Origin: an uncultured Gammaproteobacteria bacterium | Lineage (GTDB): Bacteria > Patescibacteriota > Patescibacteriia > Patescibacteriales > Patescibacteriaceae | Length of the DNA: 61,042 nt | Assembly: GCA_964523425.1 (NCBI GenBank) | Contig: CAZFYY010000002.1 | Span: forward strand, 1-61,042 | Reading direction: 5' to 3' | Shown here: positions 28,319 through 37,240 of the stretch, piece after piece | Layout: each line of letters begins with the position of its first letter | Position numbering within the stretch: position 1 is the stretch's first letter | Position numbers and translations under genes: made by a program | Notes under the pieces: generated by a model | Told to the model about the DNA's origin: nothing | The model's input: only the letters and a program-made list of their open reading frames with translations | Database searches by the model: none

Positions 28319-28347
28319 AGTATAGCACAGCTAATTTTATTTGTCAA
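28319..28347 (-). promoter_or_regulatory. sigma70 promoter of candidate sRNA
   Basis: TTGACA-17 nt-TATACT with extended TG. Confidence 0.8.
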
Positions 28348-28474
28348 TACCTGGGCGGGATAACGTTATATTTTGTCTAATATTAGCTAATTTATTATGT
28401 AAAGAGGGTGATTTCCTGATAATTTCCTAAAGCAATAAAAAACGGGACGCAGGGGTCCCGTTATGGTATGTAAC

Positions 28475-29224
28475 TTATGTAGTGCTTTGTTTCGTTCGTC
28501 GGAAAAAGGTGTTTATGGCGATAATTCCCGTCATGAGAATGAATTCATCTTGGATATTGTCGACATGATGCGGCTCAATGCGAGCCGAGGCATCTCCTTC
28601 TTTAAAGGCGGAGACGTGGAAACTGCGCGCCGATCCGTCTGCTAGGCCAAGATATATGCCTGAGCGAAAAAGGTGAACACACATATCCTCTTCGTCGTAG
28701 CCATATATCTGTAGGTGCGCTTTGCGCATCCAGCTCTCTACTGACGAGCTCAATTCGCGCAAAACTTCCGAAGGGGCGTTGCGAATAAAACCGAGCAGAG
28801 GTGCGTAGAGATGGCCAATTCCGCCGCTCCGGTCGGAGAAGTCAAAGGATTGGTTGTGGCGTATTTTTAATGCGCTCTCGTGCGTGTCATGCCACAGATA
28901 TATTTCATGAATAAATGACATGAGCTCAGCGAGTTCATCTGCTTTGGCCCGCTTGATAACTGTTTGTCCGCCGCAGAGCGGACAGTTTTTGCCATGGGCA
29001 TGACGGACTTGGCAGGCGAGGTGCTCCTGAGCGGGCCAGGGCCACGCCTGAGAAAATATGTTGGACTGGCCGCTAGCCAGAGCTTCGTGTTGCGTGGCGA
29101 GAAAGCGCTGTTTCTTTTCATCAGGCACGGCGGCAATGTAGTCGTTAATGAAATCAGCCGCAAAGCCAAAAATTAGTTTTGTCCCGGTTTCATCCCCGGG
29201 GTGGAGAACGATATCTACGAGCAT
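28475..29224 (-). CDS. Hypothetical protein with CxxC/His putative metal site
   Basis: HLACQVRHAHGKNCPLCGG; start set at ATG 29224. Confidence 0.6.
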   Translation of the reverse strand: MLVDIVLHPGDETGTKLIFGFAADFINDYIAAVPDEKKQRFLATQHEALASGQSNIFSQAWPWPAQEHLACQVRHAHGKNCPLCGGQTVIKRAKADELAELMSFIHEIYLWHDTHESALKIRHNQSFDFSDRSGGIGHLYAPLLGFIRNAPSEVLRELSSSVESWMRKAHLQIYGYDEEDMCVHLFRSGIYLGLADGSARSFHVSAFKEGDASARIEPHHVDNIQDEFILMTGIIAINTFFRRTKQSTT

Positions 29225-29333
29225 AGCCTGTATATTTAATTTTGAAATAACTGGTATCGTGCCTCTATTAAACAGCAAGACCGGCTAATAGTCAATTGCC
29301 GGCCAAAAGCTGAAGAAGGAAGCCTTTATTGGA

Positions 29334-30383
29334 TTAATCGGAGGAATGCGAGGCGATGATTGAATCCAATTTCTTAAAGAGAGCGGCCGTACCTTCTTTT
29401 GGATTTTTTTTCAGCTGGCGGCGATACTTTTCCAGATTCTGCAAAAACTTTTTTCCGCGCGCCGGGGAAAATGTTTCCGCCCAATCGCCGAAGCCTAGTT
29501 TTTTGATATAGATAGCATTAATAGTCTGTTCCACTTGCTTGGCGACCGGGAGGGCGAAATATGGCTTGTCGAGACGGATAGCTTCGGAAATCAGGCTAAG
29601 GCCGGCGGTGGCGATAATGGCGCGACAATCTTTAAGGTAGCGCAGGAAGGCTTCCGGATTATGGCGCTTGAGCAGTAAGTTGCCGTCGCGAATTTCTTCG
29701 GGTCGGCTGCTAAAGACGATAAATTTCTGCGGGGCAAGTTTTTTTAGCTGGGGCAGGATGTAGTCAAAATCCGAGTTCTGGTAAACGAGGATATAATCTT
29801 TAATCGACGGCTTAAGGCGCGTTACCTGGCGCCGAACAACCGGCGGGAAGAGAAAGGTTTCCGGCTTGTTGGCAGGCGTTGGGAAAAAAGTGGTAATCAG
29901 ATAGTGATCGGCTCCCCAGACAAAGGATCGGGTTACTAATTTAGCGGCGATAAAGTCGCGGCGGTATTTTGGTGGCACGCTAATTTTAGTATTGGTCATC
30001 TGGTGCTGGTTGTCGAAAGAAATAAGCGGCAGATTCTCCAGATGGGCGAAGGCAGCCGACAGCGGCTCATAATCAGAGATAACCAAATCGGCTTTGAAGC
30101 GCTTTATTTTTCGCAGTAGGGAGGGCCAGCTTTTGCCGCTGCGAACGAGCATGGCGGCGTTGTCGTAGAAGGTCCGCAGGTAATCCACTTTATTATTCTG
30201 GTAGTTGAGCCCAAGGCCGGGAATTTCTAGCGTTGGAAAGTCAGGCTTCATAACGGCTAGGGCCTGGGCATAGGTCAGGACAAGCAGCTCATGTCCTCTT
30301 TTTTTAAGATGAGTAAGGACTTCGTGGCCGCGGGCGGAATGGCCGAAGCCTTGTCCAGATAAGCCGTAAATGATTCGTGACAT
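29334..30383 (-). CDS. GT-B glycosyltransferase, MJ1255/VC2487-like
   Basis: YGLSGQGFGHSAR, ISDYEP, DNQH, TAGLSLISEA, QVEQTINA. Confidence 0.85.
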   Translation of the reverse strand: MSRIIYGLSGQGFGHSARGHEVLTHLKKRGHELLVLTYAQALAVMKPDFPTLEIPGLGLNYQNNKVDYLRTFYDNAAMLVRSGKSWPSLLRKIKRFKADLVISDYEPLSAAFAHLENLPLISFDNQHQMTNTKISVPPKYRRDFIAAKLVTRSFVWGADHYLITTFFPTPANKPETFLFPPVVRRQVTRLKPSIKDYILVYQNSDFDYILPQLKKLAPQKFIVFSSRPEEIRDGNLLLKRHNPEAFLRYLKDCRAIIATAGLSLISEAIRLDKPYFALPVAKQVEQTINAIYIKKLGFGDWAETFSPARGKKFLQNLEKYRRQLKKNPKEGTAALFKKLDSIIASHSSD

Positions 30384-30385
30384 AG

Positions 30386-30997
30386 TTAGGATTTACGAAT
30401 GAAGCGCAGATACCGCCAGGAGAAATGGAGGGCGCAGAGGGCAATGAGGGACCAGAGTGCGTTCGTTGTTTGTTCGGTGGTCCAGAAGTTTTTCCAGTCG
30501 CCGGCTAAAATCAAGAGAAAGGCAATCTTGTAGGCTGTCAGCTGCGCCCGCGGTTTTATGAGCCAATCGCTCGGAAGTCTTTCATTTTTAGCAACGGCGA
30601 CCATGAGATATGTCGCCGGTATAAGAAGGGCGAGAAAGGCCAGTGGCAGGGACTGTGCCGTCCAGATACGGATCATACCGACGGCCAGCAGTGAGAAAGT
30701 TATTTGATCAGCCAGCACGTCGATAAATTTGCCGCGGTCGCTGTCTTTTTTGGCGTAGCGAGCCACGGCTCCGTCAAGCGCGTCAAGCGCAATCGATACT
30801 CCCATGCACCACCAGGCGAGCTGTGGTCGGGTAGTAATTAACCAGGGAAAGGCAGCGGCGAGTATGATGCGAAACGTCGAGATGTCATTGGCGCTTACAT
30901 GCAGGGCGAGTAGCAGCTTCAATAATGGCTTAAACAGGCGTTCGCGCCACTCTTCCGTTTTGCGCTGCAACTGTTCAAAATCTGGTCCGAAAGTCAT
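30386..30997 (-). CDS. CDP-alcohol phosphatidyltransferase family protein
   Basis: DALDGAVAR...GKFIDVLAD signature. Confidence 0.9.
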   Translation of the reverse strand: MTFGPDFEQLQRKTEEWRERLFKPLLKLLLALHVSANDISTFRIILAAAFPWLITTRPQLAWWCMGVSIALDALDGAVARYAKKDSDRGKFIDVLADQITFSLLAVGMIRIWTAQSLPLAFLALLIPATYLMVAVAKNERLPSDWLIKPRAQLTAYKIAFLLILAGDWKNFWTTEQTTNALWSLIALCALHFSWRYLRFIRKS

Positions 30998-30998
30998 A

Positions 30999-31487
30999 CT
31001 ACTTTTTTCGTAAGCTTTCGATCGTCTTGGAAAGCTGCTGTAGTTCTTCCTGGATTTGGTTGAGCGTCAGAATATGCTGGCGCTCATTCGATTCTGCTTC
31101 TTTCTCTTCTTCGGCAATGTCGTCGACGTCTTCTTGGATTTCGTCAACATCCTCTTGGATGTCATCAATATCTTCCTGGATTTCATCAATATCTTCCTGG
31201 ATCTCATCAATATTTTCTTCCACTTCAACGAGGCTTTCGGTATTCTTGTTAACTGTCATCTGAATGAAGATGGCCAGATAGATAGCTTCCAGTGAGACGA
31301 GGGTTGTCAGAATGAGCAGCAGGCGATTCCAGTCAAAGCCGAGAAGCCCGAGTATGAAAAAAACTAAAAAGAGAATAGTATGTATGACGATGGAAGCAAG
31401 CGAGCCGATGCGGGCTATGATGGCGAACGCGCCGCGCTCGAGCAGCTTGCTTGGTGCCTTTTTCTTTTTTGCCTGTTTCCTTTTCAT
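30999..31487 (-). CDS. DUF1003-like membrane protein with acidic heptad coiled coil
   Basis: LLILTTLVSLEAIYLAIFIQM, then (IDEIQED)-type repeats. Confidence 0.8.
   Translation of the reverse strand: MKRKQAKKKKAPSKLLERGAFAIIARIGSLASIVIHTILFLVFFILGLLGFDWNRLLLILTTLVSLEAIYLAIFIQMTVNKNTESLVEVEENIDEIQEDIDEIQEDIDDIQEDVDEIQEDVDDIAEEEKEAESNERQHILTLNQIQEELQQLSKTIESLRKK
31115..31217 (-). repeat. Imperfect 21-bp tandem repeat, about 5 copies, in-frame
   Basis: Units like GAAGATATTGATGAAATCCAG. Confidence 0.75.
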
Positions 31488-31533
31488 TCCCTTATTATAC
31501 CACAGCCTTGCGCCGTGGATCGCCGGAAAAGAC

Positions 31534-32259
31534 CTAGCTGAGGCGTGAGACTAGGAAGATTAGGGCGGCCCCGGCCACGGTCAGGGCGATGGTCTTGTAG
31601 GAGCTGTGCGAACTATGCGCTTCCGGTAGAATGTCGGTCGCTCCGATATACAAGAGGAAGCCGGCAAAGAAGCCGAGATAGATGACAAGCAGCTGGGCGG
31701 AGACGCTAAAGAAAAGCGTTACGGCCGCTCCGAGAATCGGCGCCAGCGCGTCGATGAGGAGAAAGAGCTTAGCTTTTTTGTCGCTATTCTTATGCGTTAG
31801 CATGAGCGCTACTGTGTTCATCCCGTCGGTGAAGTCATGTGAAATAACGGCAATGGCCACTAAAATGCCGACAGCTTCATTAACCTGAAAGGCCAAGCCG
31901 ATGCCAACGCCGTCAAGGAAGCTATGGCCGGCCAACGCTAAGGCCGAGAAGGACCCCACTTTTGGGTGTTTATGAGCGGCGTATTCATCTTCGTGCGCAT
32001 GGTGGATAAGCAGGGTCTTCTCCAGGATATGGAAAAGCAGAAAGCCAATGACGAGGGCAACCATGATTGGCGAGGAGGAGAAATTATGTTCCTTAATCAA
32101 TTCGATAATTTCCGGAAGTATTTCAAAAGCGACCACGCCGAGCAAAACGCCGGCAGTAAAGCCCATGATGAGGTTAAGCTTTGTTCGGAAACGGACAACA
32201 AATAGGCCGCCGATATACGTGGCGGCAAAGGCGGCGACAGCTAATAGAATCTGGGACAT
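31534..32259 (-). CDS. ZIP family zinc/metal transporter
   Basis: His-rich loop HHAHEDEYAAHKH, HSFLDG, HDFTDG, DILPEAH. Confidence 0.9.
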   Translation of the reverse strand: MSQILLAVAAFAATYIGGLFVVRFRTKLNLIMGFTAGVLLGVVAFEILPEIIELIKEHNFSSSPIMVALVIGFLLFHILEKTLLIHHAHEDEYAAHKHPKVGSFSALALAGHSFLDGVGIGLAFQVNEAVGILVAIAVISHDFTDGMNTVALMLTHKNSDKKAKLFLLIDALAPILGAAVTLFFSVSAQLLVIYLGFFAGFLLYIGATDILPEAHSSHSSYKTIALTVAGAALIFLVSRLS

Positions 32260-32291
32260 AGGCAGGTATAATACGCAACTCAGTTGCGTTA

Positions 32292-33206
32292 TTATGATAG
32301 CACGTGAAAGGTGGCTGTCAACTGCTGGTTCTTTACGCAGAGCAGATTGACATACCCGGTGGGGCCAAGTCGGGCAATGAGCTTTTTTGGAAATATAACT
32401 TCGCGTAGTGCTTGGCGCGAAGCGTCTATTTCATAACAGATAAAACCGCGTCCGGTCAGATCATCTAAAAATTCCTGCGGATCGAATGAGCCGTTGCGCA
32501 GCGAGCCAGGCGAAAATTCAACAAACAGTCTGACCGAAGGCGAGGTCAGGGACTTATGCAGTCCGGCTAAGACAAGCGGTTCAGCGCCCTCGACGTCGAT
32601 TTTGATAACGTCGGGCGTTGCGCCCAGTTCGGCAAGAAGGTCGTCGCCGCGGCGCACCGGCACGGAAATGGCCTGGGCGTTGCTTTTACTGCCGAAGAGG
32701 GAGTGGCTGCCCTTATTGTCCGTACTGAGGTACAGATTCAGCGTGCCGTCGTTGTCGGCCAAGGCACAGGCGCATACCGAAATATTCTGTGCTTGAACGC
32801 CGAGGGCATTGTGGTGAAGCAGAGCGAGATTGTCTGGTTCGGGTTCGCAGGCGATAACCCGACCAGTCGGTCCGGTTCGGTGGGCGCCGATAATACTGTA
32901 GAGGCCGATATTAGCCCCAACATCCAGTACGGTTTCTCCTGGCTTTATGAGGGAGCGAAAAAGCTGCAGTTCGAAGTTCTCGTAAACGCCCAGAGCCAAA
33001 GCTCCGGAGACGACGGGGTCCCGCTGATTGAGTGCAAGCTCCCCCTCAGGGAGCGTGACGGTTGGCGGTACGAGGGTGAGAAGGAAACGATCGGTTACCC
33101 GACGCAGCGGAGCGGGCCGCAAAATTTTGGTATATATAAGAGCCGGCATTCCGGCGGGCAACAAGCGGAAGGCTGTAGAAACTGCGCCGCGCAATATTTT
33201 CTTCAT
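32292..33206 (-). CDS. FkbM family methyltransferase
   Basis: LDVGANIGLYS, EPEP, KIDVEGAE. Confidence 0.9.
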   Translation of the reverse strand: MKKILRGAVSTAFRLLPAGMPALIYTKILRPAPLRRVTDRFLLTLVPPTVTLPEGELALNQRDPVVSGALALGVYENFELQLFRSLIKPGETVLDVGANIGLYSIIGAHRTGPTGRVIACEPEPDNLALLHHNALGVQAQNISVCACALADNDGTLNLYLSTDNKGSHSLFGSKSNAQAISVPVRRGDDLLAELGATPDVIKIDVEGAEPLVLAGLHKSLTSPSVRLFVEFSPGSLRNGSFDPQEFLDDLTGRGFICYEIDASRQALREVIFPKKLIARLGPTGYVNLLCVKNQQLTATFHVLS

Positions 33207-33227
33207 AGAGGTGGCGCGTTGTCGGGT

Positions 33228-33995
33228 TTAGCGGTTAATGACGAAGGAGGCTTTGACGACGGCGGTCACTTTCTTTTCCAGGGCGGTCGTATCGTAGGCG
33301 CCGTAGTCGCTTACTTCGGCCGAGTTCTTCGCCGTTACCTGGACGACGCCGAGGCTGGCGGATTGCAGGACACCGATCCGAGTGTTAGTGGCTTCGCCGA
33401 TCTTGGCGGCGCGGGCTTCGGCATCCTTGGTTGCTGCACCAGTTAGTTCAATCTTCAGTTCGTTGAGCTTGCTGTAATAGTATTCAAGATTCTGGCTGGA
33501 GAAAATAATGTCCTTGGCGATGAGGGCGCTCGGGGCTTTCTGCGAAAGGTCGGTGACTTTCTTGACGTCTGTTGAGTCGATAACGATGGTCTGCTGCAAT
33601 GAATAGCCGAAAGGCTTGCCGGAGCCGCAGGTCTGGTTGCCGAATTTGTCATACATGACATTGCCCTGGTTTTCGCAGACCGGGCTAACCATAACCGGAT
33701 TAACGGTCATCTCCTCGTCTTTGATTCCCGACGTCCGGAAGTAATCACGGGTGGCGGCAATGTCTTTCTTAATCTGCTCGCTGGCCGTTTTCAGGCTGGC
33801 GGAATCAGCGTTGCGCGAGACATTGCTTGTCCATTTAGCAACGTCGGAGCTGACAATTTTTTCCGCCGAGCCAGTGACAGCCAGGGTATCAACTGGCCGC
33901 TTGGCCTGATAGAAGCTGACGGAGCCGATGATAGCGGCGATGACGAGGGCGCTGCCGGCGATGAGGGCAGAACGTGAGGTAGATGAGGTGTCCAT
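33228..33995 (-). CDS. SIMPL (DUF541) domain protein
   Basis: N-terminal anchor, VTGSAEK..SD.A.W, ATKDAEARA, YGAYDT. Confidence 0.85.
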   Translation of the reverse strand: MDTSSTSRSALIAGSALVIAAIIGSVSFYQAKRPVDTLAVTGSAEKIVSSDVAKWTSNVSRNADSASLKTASEQIKKDIAATRDYFRTSGIKDEEMTVNPVMVSPVCENQGNVMYDKFGNQTCGSGKPFGYSLQQTIVIDSTDVKKVTDLSQKAPSALIAKDIIFSSQNLEYYYSKLNELKIELTGAATKDAEARAAKIGEATNTRIGVLQSASLGVVQVTAKNSAEVSDYGAYDTTALEKKVTAVVKASFVINR

Positions 33996-34042
33996 AGGGG
34001 TGATGATTAATTAAATAATTAACTAATTAAATAGTTAAATAA

Positions 34043-35107
34043 TTATTTTTTATAAATAACTTCGTTGTCGTCGAAGTAATTGCGGTTATTGAAATAGTCA
34101 TCGGCGCGGCGCAGGATCTTTTGCATCATAGTAACGGTTTGCAGAGGGTAGCGGCCGATGGCAGTTTCATCGGAAAGCATCAGGGCGTCAGCGCCGTCAA
34201 AAATCGCGTTGGCGACATCGCCGACTTCGGCGCGGGTTGGTCGGTCATGCTCTAGCATTGATGTCATCATTTCTGTGGCAACAATGGCCGGCTTATCGTG
34301 CCAATGGGCATGACGGATAAGATTTTTCTGAATAATAGGCAGGTCTTCAAGCGGTGCTTCGATGCCGAGATCGCCGCGGGCGACCATGATGCCGTCGGCC
34401 GCTTTGATAATTTCGTCGATGACGGGCAGGGCGGTGGCCCGTTCGATCTTGGCAATAATTTTTGGCAGCGGCAGCTGAGAAGCCTGAGCACTTTCGCTGA
34501 GAAACTGGCGCATGCGGCTGATATCGGCTTGTGATTGGACAAAAGAAAGCGCGATGAAATCGGCGCCGTTCTCCAGTCCGAAACGGGCGTCGGTCAGATC
34601 CTTCTCGGTGATCCCGCCTTGCCGGAGGTTGGTCTGCGGGAGATTGATGCCTTTGCGGGATAAGACGAGACCGCCTCGTTCGACGCGGGCAAAGATACGG
34701 TTATCGCGCACCTCGGTGACGATCATTTCAATGGCTCCATTGGAAATATAGAAGTGTTCGCCGGGCTTGATGTCTTCGATTAGTTCGCGATGGTCAATAG
34801 GTATTTCCAGGTTGTCGATATTGCCTTCGTTATACATGAAGGCGTAGATTTCGTCCGGCTTCATATCAACTTCATGCGTGAGATGGCCGATGCGGATACG
34901 CGGTCCCTGCAGGTCCTGCAGAATGAGGGTGGCTTTGCCGGTTTCTTGTTTGATGCGGTTGAGGCTGTCGCGAATGCGCAGGTACTGTTCTTGGGTGGCA
35001 TGAGAAAAGTTGATGCGGACAATATCGACTCCTTCTTCAATAAGTGCTTTGAGCTTCTCGTAACTTTCGCAGGCCGGACCGACGGTGGCAATGATCTTTG
35101 TGTTCAT
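34043..35107 (-). CDS. pyk: Pyruvate kinase (lacks C-terminal regulatory domain)
   Basis: TKIIATVGPA, RINFSH, DLQGPRIR, IIAKIER, MVARGDLG, PTRAE, MLSDETA; only 354 aa. Confidence 0.93.
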   Translation of the reverse strand: MNTKIIATVGPACESYEKLKALIEEGVDIVRINFSHATQEQYLRIRDSLNRIKQETGKATLILQDLQGPRIRIGHLTHEVDMKPDEIYAFMYNEGNIDNLEIPIDHRELIEDIKPGEHFYISNGAIEMIVTEVRDNRIFARVERGGLVLSRKGINLPQTNLRQGGITEKDLTDARFGLENGADFIALSFVQSQADISRMRQFLSESAQASQLPLPKIIAKIERATALPVIDEIIKAADGIMVARGDLGIEAPLEDLPIIQKNLIRHAHWHDKPAIVATEMMTSMLEHDRPTRAEVGDVANAIFDGADALMLSDETAIGRYPLQTVTMMQKILRRADDYFNNRNYFDDNEVIYKK

Positions 35108-35155
35108 AGGAATGATGAGGAATTAGGCGGATGAGTATAGCTATAGTATAGGGTT

Positions 35156-35905
35156 TTATTGGCTCTTTTTCCAATGGTCGTCAAACACGGTTTTGAGGAG
35201 CTGGACGATAGCCTTGTTCTCGATCTTCACGCCGACATTATCGACATATGAGAAAAGATAGGCGCTGTCCCCCGCCATATACATTCCAGCTTCCTGGGGC
35301 GCCATGTCGATTCTTTTTATATCGCGGCCCTGGGCGGCCGTGTCGCCGGTGGCGGAAAAATCATCCGGCGCGTCGGCTATGAAGAGTTTGGTGGCCACGC
35401 CGCACTCACCGCGTTTTGTAACGAATTCATAAAGATAATCACCGAGAAATTGGTGGAAGCTGTTGATGCCATAGCCGCGGAAGGTATGGCTGAGGCCTTT
35501 TTGGTAGAGGGTAAGAATATTTTCAAAGAGTCGCTTGAGGCCGTTCTCGCCTTCGTAATAACGAATCTTAGGTAGCGCTGCTGCACTTTTAGCGCCTGCT
35601 AGGAGTTTGGGCAGTTCGCTGTCGAGTTCCCGGGCACTGTCTTCTAGAAGACGTTTCTTCTTCTCTAACAAGGGTCGAAGGGCGTCGGGATCGGCCAAAA
35701 AGTGTTTTACTCCCCGCTTATCACTTTGTTCGACGAATCCTTCGGCGATTAGTTTTTCTAAAATACTGTAGACCGTTTGCCGGGGGAAGGCCACGCGAGC
35801 GGCTAAGGCGGAGGCGCTGCTGAGTCCATTGGTTAGCAGATCCAGATACGTGTCCGATTCTTTTTCAGACAATCCGAGTTTTTTGAGAGTTGTGATAATG
35901 GCCAT
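35156..35905 (-). CDS. TrmB family transcriptional regulator
   Basis: LKKLGLSEKESDTYL, RQTVYSILEKL, PKIRYYEGENGLK; start set at ATG 35905. Confidence 0.85.
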   Translation of the reverse strand: MAIITTLKKLGLSEKESDTYLDLLTNGLSSASALAARVAFPRQTVYSILEKLIAEGFVEQSDKRGVKHFLADPDALRPLLEKKKRLLEDSARELDSELPKLLAGAKSAAALPKIRYYEGENGLKRLFENILTLYQKGLSHTFRGYGINSFHQFLGDYLYEFVTKRGECGVATKLFIADAPDDFSATGDTAAQGRDIKRIDMAPQEAGMYMAGDSAYLFSYVDNVGVKIENKAIVQLLKTVFDDHWKKSQ

Positions 35906-35928
35906 AACTGGCAGAATATGAGTCATGA

Positions 35929-35946
35929 TGACGAAAAATTTCGTCA
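35929..35946. promoter_or_regulatory. Palindromic operator candidate
   Basis: TGACGAAA-AA-TTTCGTCA; the half-site TGACGAAA recurs at 35991. Confidence 0.55.
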
Positions 35947-36003
35947 GTAATATAAATATAGCAAATTTTAATAATAAAATCAAGTATTTATGACGAAATA
36001 TAC

Positions 36004-36032
36004 TTGACAAAATGGTTTAGATATGATAGGCT
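36004..36032 (+). promoter_or_regulatory. sigma70 promoter of orphan cassette
   Basis: TTGACA-17 nt-TAGGCT with extended TG. Confidence 0.6.
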
Positions 36033-36074
36033 GGGATATTCATTAAAAAAAATATTTAAAAAGGAGAAATAGAA

Positions 36075-36515
36075 ATGAAGAAACTACGTACTGTAGTTTG
36101 GTATATTTATGATGAATATCTTCGTTTTTTAGGTAGGGGGCTCTGGGTAATTCTGGCATTGTTTCATCTTGCATTTATTGTATTGGTTGCCATTTTCCTA
36201 CAAGAGGTAGTTAAGAAACTGGACAGCAATACAACTACCTCGTTTATTGAAAAGAAATTACCGTTATGGCGATTGTTTTTTATCGGTTGGCGGCGCACGC
36301 CACTATCAAGTTTTTTTCTTTATATCGTTTGTCCCTTACTTTGCATCGGTTTTGTTCCTTATGTAGCAAAGGAATTTAAATTTGTTTGTCCGGATACGTG
36401 GATTTGCCTCGGAATTGGGCTAATCTCTTATAGCATTGCACTGTGGTGGTCTCTTGAAATGTGTCGGGATGCAGCGGAGGATGGAAGCTTGTATCGATCT
36501 AGGCGTTTAGATTAA
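36075..36515 (+). CDS. Hypothetical membrane protein
   Basis: AT-rich, 3 hydrophobic segments, AAAGGAG SD. Confidence 0.65.
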   Translation: MKKLRTVVWYIYDEYLRFLGRGLWVILALFHLAFIVLVAIFLQEVVKKLDSNTTTSFIEKKLPLWRLFFIGWRRTPLSSFFLYIVCPLLCIGFVPYVAKEFKFVCPDTWICLGIGLISYSIALWWSLEMCRDAAEDGSLYRSRRLD

Positions 36516-36533
36516 TCAAAAAACATAAAAAAA

Positions 36534-37205
36534 ATGAAAAGAAAAAAAGTCGTACCTTGGTTTAAAAACGAAAACATACTCCTTGTCATCTTCACGGTAT
36601 GTGTAGCTGTCATTGCATTTATCATTTTGATATGCCGAGGAGCGTCAGTGTTTTCTCTATGGTTAGGTGGTCTGGGATTAGCATATGCCGGATTTGTATT
36701 TATAGTCTCCTGGCAGATATTTACTGACAAGAAGATTGCAGAAAAAACAGACTGGGGAGGTCAATTATCGGGTAGTATGTTTTTTGTTCTCATCGTGTGG
36801 ATGGTTATAGGGGGAGGAAGAGAGGGATTCTGGTTTTCGGACATAGGCTTGGTCATATTATCCTGTATTACTGTCTTCATAGGATTCTTGGGATATCTGC
36901 TTTTTAAGTACTATAGGAAAGATTATCTTTATGGGTTAAGAGCGTGGACCCTTAAGATGATGCGCAAATCTGAGCGAGTAGTTGAATATTGTTCAATGAA
37001 GATTGTCTTGGGAGTAATCTTCCTTGTTCTGGTATTCCTTACTATTATGTGTGCATGTGCCGAGTTAATAAGATTTTCGCTTTTTCCTTGGTATTCGCTA
37101 AGAATAAAAGCGTGCTTAAAAAATTATTGGAAAAGAAATCTTAAGGCAATATTAGAGCACCAGGGAGAAAAACTTTATTTTGGGAAAAAGTACGACCATG
37201 TTTGA
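36534..37205 (+). CDS. Hypothetical membrane protein
   Basis: AT-rich, about 5 hydrophobic segments. Confidence 0.65.
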   Translation: MKRKKVVPWFKNENILLVIFTVCVAVIAFIILICRGASVFSLWLGGLGLAYAGFVFIVSWQIFTDKKIAEKTDWGGQLSGSMFFVLIVWMVIGGGREGFWFSDIGLVILSCITVFIGFLGYLLFKYYRKDYLYGLRAWTLKMMRKSERVVEYCSMKIVLGVIFLVLVFLTIMCACAELIRFSLFPWYSLRIKACLKNYWKRNLKAILEHQGEKLYFGKKYDHV

Positions 37206-37240
37206 ATAAGGAATTTTTTTACATAAGAGCCGCCTGTGTG

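Noticed and set aside
32703-33446. 247-aa plus-strand ORF and similar long antisense ORFs (2892-3470, 19319-19807, 27192-27737)
   Set aside because: Shadow frames opposite well-supported genes, with no recognisable motifs.
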